This document shows positions 8,387 through 16,427 of a stretch of DNA of 32,000 nt, in pieces. Source of the stretch: Candidatus Iainarchaeum sp. (lineage in GTDB: Archaea > Iainarchaeota > Iainarchaeia > Iainarchaeales > JACQJH01); assembly GCA_016205145.1 (NCBI GenBank), contig JACQJH010000001.1, positions 360,001 through 392,000 on the forward strand, read 5' to 3'. Within the stretch, counting starts at the first letter, position 1, and each line of letters begins with the position of its first letter. The notes beneath the pieces are model-generated. The model ran no database searches, was not told where the DNA came from, and saw only the letters and a list, made by a program, of their open reading frames with translations. Position numbers and translations under genes: made by a program.

Positions 8387-9382
8387 CTACCAGTAATGCG
8401 CCTTGAATTTCCTGTAGTAATCGATTGTTTTTTTCAGGCCCGCGTCAAGCGGAACCTTCGGTTCCCAGCCGAGAATTTTTTTCGCCTTCGAATAATCCGC
8501 GTAATAGTCGCCGATTTCGATTTTTTTCTTTTCCGGCGGGAACGGCACCATTTCAAGCTTTCCAGTGCCCGCCACAGCAATCAGCTTTTTTGTTATGTCC
8601 AGCACGCTCACTCCGTTTCCGGAGCCGAGGTTGAATGCTTCGCCGTCCGCCTTTTCGCTGGCCGCGGCAAGCAGGAACGCATCCACCGCGTCGTCGACAT
8701 AGTTGAAGTCCCTCAGTTGTTTTCCGTCGCCGAAAATTTTTATCGTCTTGTTGTCAATCGCAAGCCTCATGAACCATGCCAGGAATGTCTGCCTGTCGTT
8801 TTTCATCATCTGCCTCGGCCCGAAAGTGTTGGTCAGGCGCAGAGAGCTTGCCTTGATGCCGTGCACCCTGTTGTAAACGAGGTGGTACATTTCGCCTGCA
8901 ATCTTGTTTATGCCGTTCACGTCGGTCGGATTGAACGGGTGCTTTTCGTCAACCGGCAGGTATTCCGTCCTGCCGTATTCGCTTCGCGTGCCCGCAAAAA
9001 CGACCTTGACGTTGTCGTTGTTTTTCCTGCACGCCTCAAGCAATGTCATCTGGCTCCTGCAGTTTATTTCCAAATCCGTGTAGGGGTCATTGATTGAGTC
9101 AAGGTGGCTTACCTGCCCGGCGAGGTTGAAAATGTAGTCTTTGTCCTTCACAAGGCAGTTCATGCTGTTCTCGTCACGGATGTCAGCGATGTTTATGTCG
9201 ATCTTGCCCTTTATTTCCTGCACGTTGAACGGGTTTCCGCCGTAGCTTGGAATCAGGGAATCGACGACCTGCACTTTCGCGCCCAATGCAACGAGTTTGT
9301 GGCAGAGATTGCTGCCGATGAAGCCGAGGCCGCCCGTAATCATGACGTTGGCGCCAGCGAACTTTTTAGTCTGCTCAGCCAT
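8387..9382 (-). CDS. extended SDR (NAD-dependent sugar epimerase/dehydratase family) with an atypical active-site motif
   Basis: ITGGLGFIGSNL Rossmann motif and GTRSEYG are present, but NGINK occupies the position where YxxxK is expected. The ATG at 9382 (MAEQTKKF...) overlaps the upstream stop by 8 nt (ATGGCTGA). The track start at 9442 would run 68 nt into the upstream gene. Confidence 0.8.
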   Translation of the reverse strand: MAEQTKKFAGANVMITGGLGFIGSNLCHKLVALGAKVQVVDSLIPSYGGNPFNVQEIKGKIDINIADIRDENSMNCLVKDKDYIFNLAGQVSHLDSINDPYTDLEINCRSQMTLLEACRKNNDNVKVVFAGTRSEYGRTEYLPVDEKHPFNPTDVNGINKIAGEMYHLVYNRVHGIKASSLRLTNTFGPRQMMKNDRQTFLAWFMRLAIDNKTIKIFGDGKQLRDFNYVDDAVDAFLLAAASEKADGEAFNLGSGNGVSVLDITKKLIAVAGTGKLEMVPFPPEKKKIEIGDYYADYSKAKKILGWEPKVPLDAGLKKTIDYYRKFKAHYW

Positions 9383-10133
9383 TCCTTTTCCCACCGTAAT
9401 CGCGCGTCCACCCGAACACCACAAGGCGGATCCATTGAACAAATAAGCCGTAAAAGACTTTTAATATGTGCACGGGCCTGAAAAACTGGCTGCTGCCATG
9501 CGTTCTGGGATAATGGTGCACTCCGACTTCTTCAAAGGCAGCCCCGGCCATCTGCAGTTTTTTCACCATTTCAATGCAGATGACGCCCGAATCCGACCTG
9601 AGGCCGATGCGGTCGACAAAAGTTTTCCTGATGAGCCTGAAATCGCAGTCGATGTCCCTGATTTTTATGCCGAACATGAGCCTTGAAAATCCGTTGTACA
9701 TGTTGCCGAGAATGACGCGATGCCGCCTGTCGCTTCTTTTTATCTTGTATCCGTTGACAACGTCTGCGTGGGTTTTACGCTGCTTTTCAACGAGCCTTTC
9801 AAGCTCTTTCGCATCGTACTGCGCATCTCCATCAGTGTAGAAAACCCATTCGTGCCTCGCCGCCCTGAAGCCCGACTTCAAAGCTCCCCCGTATCCCATG
9901 TTCTTTTTGTGGTGCACCACCCTGAGGAAAGAATGCTTTTTTGCGAGTCCGTCGGCAATCTTTCCGCTGTTGTCCGGACTCCGGTCGTCGACGACTATGA
10001 TTTCGAATTTTTTTGCAACCTTTGCGGCTGTTGCCGCGGCGTCCAGCACCATTTTTTTTATGGTTCCCCCGTCGTTGTAGGCGGGAAAGAATATCGAGAG
10101 GCTTTCAAGCTTTTCCATCGGCACCGTTTCCAT
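9375..10133 (-). CDS. GT2 polyprenyl-phosphate glycosyltransferase (DPM1/ArnC/GtrB-like)
   Basis: SIFFPAYNDGGTI...FEIIVVDDRSPDNSGKIA...KNMGYGGALKSGF...FYTDGDAQYD is the classic pattern for dolichyl/undecaprenyl-phosphate sugar synthases. Confidence 0.85.
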   Translation of the reverse strand: METVPMEKLESLSIFFPAYNDGGTIKKMVLDAAATAAKVAKKFEIIVVDDRSPDNSGKIADGLAKKHSFLRVVHHKKNMGYGGALKSGFRAARHEWVFYTDGDAQYDAKELERLVEKQRKTHADVVNGYKIKRSDRRHRVILGNMYNGFSRLMFGIKIRDIDCDFRLIRKTFVDRIGLRSDSGVICIEMVKKLQMAGAAFEEVGVHHYPRTHGSSQFFRPVHILKVFYGLFVQWIRLVVFGWTRDYGGKRNG

Positions 10134-10147
10134 TTATCCGCAATCAA

Positions 10148-11791
10148 CTATTTTAATTGTTGTTTAGGGCACGAAAAAACGAAGCCCGTTTCGTATCCTT
10201 TTGAATAAAAAGTTTTGGCAAGCGGGCATTTTTTTTGCAGTTCAAGCCACGCATCGTTTCCCCTGCGGGGCGGCAGGTTGAGGAAAAGAGCGGTTCCGCC
10301 GCCTTCAAGCATCTGCATGCTCTTGCTCTTGTCGAGGTGGTAAAATGACCCGAAGCCTTCACCCGCATAGAACGCGAGGTCCTCGTTGGTTGAAAAAACC
10401 GGCTTGATGCCGCCGCGTTCATGGAAGAATTCCGCCATGCCGTTCATGGTCTGGTTGTAGTCCGGGGTTGTCGCAAAGAAAAGGTATTCCGACAGGAGCA
10501 CGGCGTTGAACGCGATGCCCAACCCGATCATGAGTGCAAGAGCAAGCGCCTTCGCCTTTCCGCTTTTTGCGAGCAGGAAAACCGCCGACAGGACAAGCGC
10601 GGCGATTGTTGTGAAGAGCAAACCCCACAATGCCATTATCACAAGCGGGCCGGACGTTCCGGCAAGCCAGACGTCAGGATTTTTCAATGCGAGCGCGAAA
10701 TCGAAATGCTCGATGCTGAAGGTTTCATGCAGCCTGAAAACCTGGAACGCAAAAAGCACGGCCGCAAATGCGAGCGCGGAGCCGGCAATAACATGAATGT
10801 TTTTTTTCAGGCTTTCGAGGTTTTCCGCCGCAACCGCGCCGGCGAGAATGGAAAGCGCGGGCAGGATTATCATCTGGTTCCTTTCAATCTGGCCTTTCTG
10901 CGCGAGCAGGATGAACATTGCGAGCGCGGCAATTGCAAACGCCCAGAAAATCAGGGCTTTTTTTCTCTGCTTTGAAAGCAGGCCGAGCAGCGGCAGGAAA
11001 AACAGCAACGGCCCGCCGTATTCGGCTATCCTGTAAACGTGCTTGAAACCGGCCTTAGCGGTTTCAACGGGAATGTTTCCGCCGCCGGAAACGTTTTTTC
11101 CGCCCCATTCGATTGTTTTCAGGAAAACGCTTTCATTTCCGGTGGCAAACGATATGGCCGGAAAGATTGCGAAAAGCGCAATGCCTATTGCAGCCGCCGC
11201 CGCAACGCCCTTCCATTCGGGTTTTTTTCCGCCGAGCAGTTCAAAAACCGCGATTGCCGGAATTATCGCGATGGCGGTGTATTTTGTGAGCATTGCAAGG
11301 CCGAAGAAAATTCCCGACATCGCCAGCAGGCTGTTCCGGTTTTCCCTCCCTATGTGCGCCCTGTAATAGAAGTAAAGCGAAGCAGTGATGAGGAGCGTGA
11401 GCAGGTTGCCGTCAATGTCGATTATGTTCCTTGCCAGCAGGCCGTAGAAACTGAATGCTATTATGGCCGAGGAGATTATCGCGGTTTTTCTGTCAAACGC
11501 GAGCAGGGCAAACCTGAACGTGAGCGCAATCAGGAGCAGTCCGTAAAGGACGGAAAGCAGCCTTATCGGCGGAGAAACGCCCAAGCCGGAAAGCGCATTT
11601 CTTGCCTGCGAGAACAGGTAAAACGATACGGGCCCTGCCGGAGGATGATCTTGGTATTCCGGATAGCCGCCCTTTGCTATTATGCCTGCCGTGAACTCGT
11701 TGATTGCCTCGTCGTCGACCAGCAGATGGTTTATGCCGAAGAGCGAAACTGCCAGGGCCAGGACAAGTATTCCGGCAAGCGCCTTATCCAC
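10148..11791 (-). CDS. GT-C fold membrane glycosyltransferase (ArnT/PMT-like, GT39/GT83-type)
   Basis: 547 aa with about 13 hydrophobic segments. An acidic first loop (LLVDDEAINEF) follows TM1. The start is GTG at 11791-11789, overlapping the upstream stop by 8 nt (GTGGATAA). Confidence 0.8.
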   Translation of the reverse strand: MDKALAGILVLALAVSLFGINHLLVDDEAINEFTAGIIAKGGYPEYQDHPPAGPVSFYLFSQARNALSGLGVSPPIRLLSVLYGLLLIALTFRFALLAFDRKTAIISSAIIAFSFYGLLARNIIDIDGNLLTLLITASLYFYYRAHIGRENRNSLLAMSGIFFGLAMLTKYTAIAIIPAIAVFELLGGKKPEWKGVAAAAAIGIALFAIFPAISFATGNESVFLKTIEWGGKNVSGGGNIPVETAKAGFKHVYRIAEYGGPLLFFLPLLGLLSKQRKKALIFWAFAIAALAMFILLAQKGQIERNQMIILPALSILAGAVAAENLESLKKNIHVIAGSALAFAAVLFAFQVFRLHETFSIEHFDFALALKNPDVWLAGTSGPLVIMALWGLLFTTIAALVLSAVFLLAKSGKAKALALALMIGLGIAFNAVLLSEYLFFATTPDYNQTMNGMAEFFHERGGIKPVFSTNEDLAFYAGEGFGSFYHLDKSKSMQMLEGGGTALFLNLPPRRGNDAWLELQKKCPLAKTFYSKGYETGFVFSCPKQQLK

Positions 11792-12344
11792 CGGATTCCC
11801 TCCGCGGCCCGAAGTAAAACACGTCGCACAACCAAAAAACGCTTTTGCGCGCCTTTAACCGGAAATGCCTTTGCAGTATTTCCAACTCTTTTTGCGGCGG
11901 CAACAGGGTATTGGAATGGGCGTCCGGCTCTCCCGCCAATACCGCCAAAATTCCGCCCAACAGGTTTTGGCGGGCAATTCCAACAACCAATTCCGTGCCG
12001 GGATTTTTTGCCTTGAATTCCCGCAAAATCTTTTCAAGCTCTTTTTCCGAAAAAAGATAAAACACCTCGTTGGCGGCAACAACGTCAAAATCAACGGCTC
12101 TCCAGTCCTTGACATCGGAAAGTTCGGGCAAAACGTCAAAACCCGTTACCTTTTCGCCGAGCAGTTTCTTCAGTTCTCCGCAACCGCAGCCAAAATCCAA
12201 AATCCTGACGTTGCGCCGGTCAAGTCTCGCGATTCCGGCAATTGTTTTCAGAATGCCGTGGAAGTAAATGCCTTTCAGGCCCGTATAATAGTTTTTTGAA
12301 AAATCCTTGCCCACAAAAGCAACTCCCTTTTTTCCCTTTGCCAT
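11784..12344 (-). CDS. class I SAM-dependent methyltransferase (small-molecule/sugar type)
   Basis: Motif I is RILDFGCGCGEL, with an acidic residue after beta-2 (VTGFDV) and a Methyltransf_11-like remainder. The ATG at 12344 (MAKGKKG...) was preferred, because the track start at 12422 would overlap the upstream gene by 56 nt. Confidence 0.75.
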   Translation of the reverse strand: MAKGKKGVAFVGKDFSKNYYTGLKGIYFHGILKTIAGIARLDRRNVRILDFGCGCGELKKLLGEKVTGFDVLPELSDVKDWRAVDFDVVAANEVFYLFSEKELEKILREFKAKNPGTELVVGIARQNLLGGILAVLAGEPDAHSNTLLPPQKELEILQRHFRLKARKSVFWLCDVFYFGPRRESGG

Positions 12345-12366
12345 TTCAGACGGCCTCCCGCGGACC

Positions 12367-12945
12367 TTATCTCCACGGGTTTTTTTCCGAATTAAATTTT
12401 TTTTCCGCCTTAAGCCTTTCATATTTTTTCTTGTCCCTGAACTTTTTCACCTGTGCCGGGTTGCCTGCAACCACCGCGCATGCCGGAACGTCTTTCACCA
12501 CGACCGAGCCCGCGCCTATGACCGCGCCCTCTCCGACAGCCGCGCCGCCAAGGATTGTCACGTTCGAGCCGATCCAGACATTGTCGCCAATCCTGACCGG
12601 CTTTTTTATGCGGGTTTTGCCGTAGGGCAGCTCTTCTCCTTCGTAGTCGTGGTTGTCGCTTATCACAAAAAGATTTTCGCCGGCGCGCACGTTGTTTCCG
12701 ATTGTTATGCTGCCTGTTCCCCGCAGTTTCGTTCCGCTGTCAAGGCAGCTGTTCTCTCCGATGCTCACGCATTCGGGATGCGAGATTTCAACGCGGCCCT
12801 TGAAATAGCTCGCCCTGCCGAAACCTTTCATGGCGCGCGCCAGTTTCAGGTTTTTGCTTTGCACGTGGGCTTTTTCAAGCCTTTCCAGGACAGCCCTTAT
12901 TTTCAGAAAATTGAAAAGTTTTGCCAGCAATCCTTCCACCGTCAT
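12367..12945 (-). CDS. hexapeptide-repeat (left-handed beta-helix) acetyltransferase
   Basis: GDNVWIGSNVTILGGAAVGEGAVIGAGSVVVKDVPACAVVAGNPAQV is a canonical LbH O/N-acetyltransferase C-terminus. The ATG at 12945 forms an ATGA overlap with the stop of the upstream small ORF. Confidence 0.85.
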   Translation of the reverse strand: MTVEGLLAKLFNFLKIRAVLERLEKAHVQSKNLKLARAMKGFGRASYFKGRVEISHPECVSIGENSCLDSGTKLRGTGSITIGNNVRAGENLFVISDNHDYEGEELPYGKTRIKKPVRIGDNVWIGSNVTILGGAAVGEGAVIGAGSVVVKDVPACAVVAGNPAQVKKFRDKKKYERLKAEKKFNSEKNPWR

Positions 12946-13256
12946 TTTTTTTGCTCCGCAAGCACATGTTTCTCTATTGGCCGCCATCCCTTTTCAATGC
13001 GTTTTCTTGAATACTGCCAGTCCACGAACAACGGAACCTCGATTTCTGCGAGAATTTTTCCTTCGCCTTTTGTTGCCCTCGCAAGCCATGTTATTTTGTG
13101 GTTTTCCGGAAACTTGGTGTCCCCGGCCATTTTTTCGAATTCGAACGAATCCGGTTCCTCGTGTTTTTCAACCCACCCGTCCGAGATGAGCGCTGCCTTG
13201 AGCGAGTTGAATGCGGCAGTGCAATTTTTTGCGGTGATTTCTTTTTCGACAATCAT
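12942..13256 (-). CDS. hypothetical protein, 104 aa (MIVEKEITAKNCTAAFNSLKAALISDGWVEKHEE...)
   Basis: This is the internal-Met portion of track ORF 12942..13589. The ATG at 13256 lies 5 nt downstream of the carbamoyltransferase stop. The stop overlaps the acetyltransferase ATG (ATGA). Composition is balanced and globular-like. No family was recognised. Confidence 0.55.
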   Translation of the reverse strand: MIVEKEITAKNCTAAFNSLKAALISDGWVEKHEEPDSFEFEKMAGDTKFPENHKITWLARATKGEGKILAEIEVPLFVDWQYSRKRIEKGWRPIEKHVLAEQKK

Positions 13257-13261
13257 TGCCT

Positions 13262-14998
13262 TCACTTCACAATCCAGTTTCCGATTGCTAGGCAGTCCTC
13301 GCCGCCCTGCAAGTAAGACCTTATCGCGTCTTCCGGCGAGCAGACTATGGGTTCGCCGTGCATGTTGAATGACGTGTTGATTATTGACGGCAGGCCGCTG
13401 AGCTTTTTGAATTCCTCGAGTATTTTGTAATAGCTTGGGTTCGCGTTTTTGTCGATTATCTGCGGCCTTGCGGTTCCGTCGACGTGCACCACGCCCGCCA
13501 TGTCTTTCTTCATGCGGTCTGTGCAGTCCAGGCTCACTATCATGAACCTTGCCGGAATGCATTTTTCCCAGTCGAATCCCCTGTAGCATTCTTCCGCAAA
13601 CTCCCGCATAGTGACGGGCGCGAACGGCATGAATTCCGTTCTCGAAAGCCTTTCATTGAGCCAGTCCTTTGTCGTCGGGTCCTTGGGCTGGTACAATATG
13701 GAGCGGTTTCCCAACGCTCTCGGCCCGGCTTCCATCCTGCCATTGAACCTTGCAATGACCTTGTTTTCAAGCAGCAGTCCCGCTATTTCCTTTTCAACGT
13801 CGCGCGCCTTTTCCGCCCGGCCGGAGAGGCCGAATCCATTTATCGCGTTTTCTATTTCCTTTTCCGAATAGCCCGGGCCAAGGTACATGTCCTTGATTGC
13901 GTGCGGTTTCGGCTCTTCGCCGTGCTCTGTCATGCTTTCCGCCCAGACTTTCAATGCCGCGCCTTCGCCCAGGCCTGCGTCCGACATGTTTGGATAGACG
14001 AACATTTTTCCGATGCCGCCCGTTTCATAGATGCGCTGGTTTGCGCGCACGTTCGCGAAAACCCCGCCGCACAGGCACACGTCGCTTATGCCGGTTTTTT
14101 TCACTGCATTGCTGACAAGCTTTGAGATTATTTTTTCCGTGAACCTCTGCAGTGCCGCAGCAACGTCTTCCGTCCTGAATGTTTCAAACAGCTTTTTGTA
14201 ATACATCGCTTCAGGCTCGAATCTCGCATGATACAGCTGTTTTCTTCCTTCCGGCTTGACGAAGCGCAGCCCGCTTTCGTCAAGGAAAACGTGCTTTTCA
14301 AGTATTCCTGTTTCCGCGGAAAGGTCTTTTTTCTGCGAATAGCCTGCGAGGCCCATGAATTTTCCTGCCTCTGTCGCGGGCTTGAAGCCGTAGACTGCGA
14401 TGAGCCTTGCCCAGATGCTGCCGAAGGAATCGCACGCAAGGCTTTCCGCGACCGGTTCGAGTTTTCCGTGCTCCGCCCTGAAAATTGTCGAGGAAAGCTT
14501 GTCGCCGCCCGCGTCGACGGTCACGACAGTTGCCTGTTCAAAGCCGGACGCAAAATACGCGGCGAAGGCGTGCGATGCGTGGTGGTCCACGTAAGTCACG
14601 GGTTTTTCGGCTATTCCGATTTTTTTGAGTTCGGATTTTATGCCGGACATCGCCTGCGCCCTCAACTGCGGCGCCTTCAAAGCCATTGACGCGCAGATTT
14701 TGAGCCAGTGCGCCGCGCTTTTATTGCAGAGGAACTCCTCTTTTGCGAAGCGTTCGAAGCTGTGGCCATCCGAGCCGGAATAAGCTATTGCGTCAATCTC
14801 TTCCGGTTTCGTGCCGGAAATTTCAAGGACTTTTTGAATGGAAAGCGCCGGAAACCTGCCCTCTACTTTCACCCTTGTCAGGCGTTCCTCGTTGACGACC
14901 GCTTTCAGGACTCCGTCCTCTATGAGCGCAGCGCCCGAGTCGTGCATCCTGTTGAACGAGATTCCGAGTATTTTCAATCCTGCCACCGTTCTTTTCAA
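13262..14998 (-). CDS. carbamoyltransferase (NodU/CmcH/NovN family)
   Basis: 578 aa. KILGISFNRMHDSGAALIEDG at the N-terminus and the overall layout match NodU-type O-carbamoyltransferases. The track start is TTG at 14998. A TTG at 14977, preceded by GGTGG and 5 nt, would give the canonical MKILGIS start. Confidence 0.9.
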   Translation of the reverse strand: MKRTVAGLKILGISFNRMHDSGAALIEDGVLKAVVNEERLTRVKVEGRFPALSIQKVLEISGTKPEEIDAIAYSGSDGHSFERFAKEEFLCNKSAAHWLKICASMALKAPQLRAQAMSGIKSELKKIGIAEKPVTYVDHHASHAFAAYFASGFEQATVVTVDAGGDKLSSTIFRAEHGKLEPVAESLACDSFGSIWARLIAVYGFKPATEAGKFMGLAGYSQKKDLSAETGILEKHVFLDESGLRFVKPEGRKQLYHARFEPEAMYYKKLFETFRTEDVAAALQRFTEKIISKLVSNAVKKTGISDVCLCGGVFANVRANQRIYETGGIGKMFVYPNMSDAGLGEGAALKVWAESMTEHGEEPKPHAIKDMYLGPGYSEKEIENAINGFGLSGRAEKARDVEKEIAGLLLENKVIARFNGRMEAGPRALGNRSILYQPKDPTTKDWLNERLSRTEFMPFAPVTMREFAEECYRGFDWEKCIPARFMIVSLDCTDRMKKDMAGVVHVDGTARPQIIDKNANPSYYKILEEFKKLSGLPSIINTSFNMHGEPIVCSPEDAIRSYLQGGEDCLAIGNWIVK

Positions 14999-15006
14999 AT
15001 TTTTTC

Positions 15007-15023
15007 TTTAAAAATATTTAATT
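15007..15023 (-). promoter_or_regulatory. T/A-rich TATA-like element (tttaaaaatatttaatt) upstream of the carbamoyltransferase operon
   Basis: This is the only strongly AT-rich stretch in the 95-nt gap upstream of the long minus-strand operon (14998 down to 6121). Its function is inferred. Confidence 0.3.
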
Positions 15024-15093
15024 GCGTTTAGTTTTCTGCCATTCTCTTGCAGCCTGTTGGCCAAATATTTGTTTTCTAGCCGTGTATTAAACC

Positions 15094-16404
15094 TTATTGA
15101 TTTTTCCTTGCGAAATTTTTGAGCATTACCGCGGCAACGGCTGAAGCGAAAAATTTCGCGTCTTTCGGCTTCGGAATGATTTCGATGCTGTAACCGAGCC
15201 GTTTTGCAAAATAATAGCCTGCGCCGCCCTGCAGTGCAGCGTACAATGCCATGAGCGAGATCGCGCCGGGGAGGCCTGACTTTATCGCGACAAGAAAGCC
15301 GTATGGTATGCAGACGAGCAAGGCGATGACGTTTGTCGCGAGCCTGAACTCTATCCTGTTTATGCTGATGAAAATCTGGCCGATGGCTGTCGCCGACTGC
15401 ACGGCTATGGCAATCACGAACAAGGGCAGGAGATAAAGGCCGGGCGCGTATTTTGGCAAAAGCAAGGGCACGAAAACGTATGCCGCGGCGGTGCTGACTG
15501 CGCCCAGGCCGAGCGCCAGCAATATGCTTGCCTTTATGTTCATTGAAATGAAGTTTTCAAGGGTTTTCTTTTCCGCGTTTTTTTCCATGACGTACGGGTG
15601 AAGGACGTCGTCCAGTGCCGAGTTGCCCGTGCCGATGAAAACATTCGCAATCTTCTGTATTATGTAGAAATAACCGAGCTGTGCCGCTCCCGCAGACAAT
15701 CCGAGCACTATGTTGAAGAACGTGTCATAGGCCCTGCTCAAAAAACTTGTCGGCAGGGAAAAAACCGAAAACCTTGCGATTTCCCCGAAATTTATGGGCT
15801 TGTCCTCGAACGGCAGCTTCCGGTACTGCGCGTACAGCAATGCAAGCGCTATCATTGAAGCGGTGAACTGCGCGTAAATCACGCCAATGCCCCCGAACTT
15901 GAGTGCGACTACCAGTAGCAGGGCAAGGCAAAGGTTTGAGGAATTCATGATGACTTCCGCAACCATGGTTTTCTTGAACTGCTTGAACGTGCGCATCAGG
16001 AAAAGGAAACTCATGTATGCCGGCATGGTCAGTATTGTGAGGACGCTTGCCTGCAGAAGGAAAACATCTTTCTTTTCAAGGAACAGAGTGATATCAGAGG
16101 CGAACAGCCAGATTGCCGCGCCGATGAGCAGGACAACCGCGAGCTGTACCTTCATCAGCAGGCCGAAAAATTCCCTGGACTTGTACCGCGGATTGAACGT
16201 CTGGAAAACATTCTGCAAAAAATACAGGCCGAACAGGTTGGCGAGGCTCGCCACGAAGCTGATGAAGTATGTCACAAGGCCGTATTCTTCCGGGCCAAGA
16301 AAATTTGCGACAAGATATGTGTAAGCAAGGCTTATTCCGATAATCCAGAGCTTCTTGCCCTGCTCGAAAAAAAAGTTTTTAATGAATCCTTCAATCTGTG
16401 CCAC
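15094..16404 (-). CDS. Wzx-like polysaccharide flippase (MOP superfamily)
   Basis: 436 aa with at least 12 hydrophobic segments. It has the typical 'polysaccharide biosynthesis protein' layout and sits in a glycan cluster. The start is GTG at 16404. Confidence 0.8.
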   Translation of the reverse strand: MAQIEGFIKNFFFEQGKKLWIIGISLAYTYLVANFLGPEEYGLVTYFISFVASLANLFGLYFLQNVFQTFNPRYKSREFFGLLMKVQLAVVLLIGAAIWLFASDITLFLEKKDVFLLQASVLTILTMPAYMSFLFLMRTFKQFKKTMVAEVIMNSSNLCLALLLVVALKFGGIGVIYAQFTASMIALALLYAQYRKLPFEDKPINFGEIARFSVFSLPTSFLSRAYDTFFNIVLGLSAGAAQLGYFYIIQKIANVFIGTGNSALDDVLHPYVMEKNAEKKTLENFISMNIKASILLALGLGAVSTAAAYVFVPLLLPKYAPGLYLLPLFVIAIAVQSATAIGQIFISINRIEFRLATNVIALLVCIPYGFLVAIKSGLPGAISLMALYAALQGGAGYYFAKRLGYSIEIIPKPKDAKFFASAVAAVMLKNFARKNQ

Positions 16405-16427
16405 AAAAACACCCGTTTCCGCCGAAG

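Noticed and set aside
11784-12344. The SAM-dependent methyltransferase as the missing DNA-modification partner of the nuclease genes
   Set aside because: It is embedded by 8-nt overlap in the glycan operon about 17 kb away. It lacks a (D/N)PP(Y/F) motif or a target-recognition domain, and it resembles small-molecule Methyltransf_11-type enzymes.
13257-13589. Upstream part of track ORF 12942..13589
   Set aside because: It overlaps the 3' end of the carbamoyltransferase gene in another frame, with junk-like composition (RRNRKAADNRQKREPK...). Only the portion from the Met at 13256 looks genuine.
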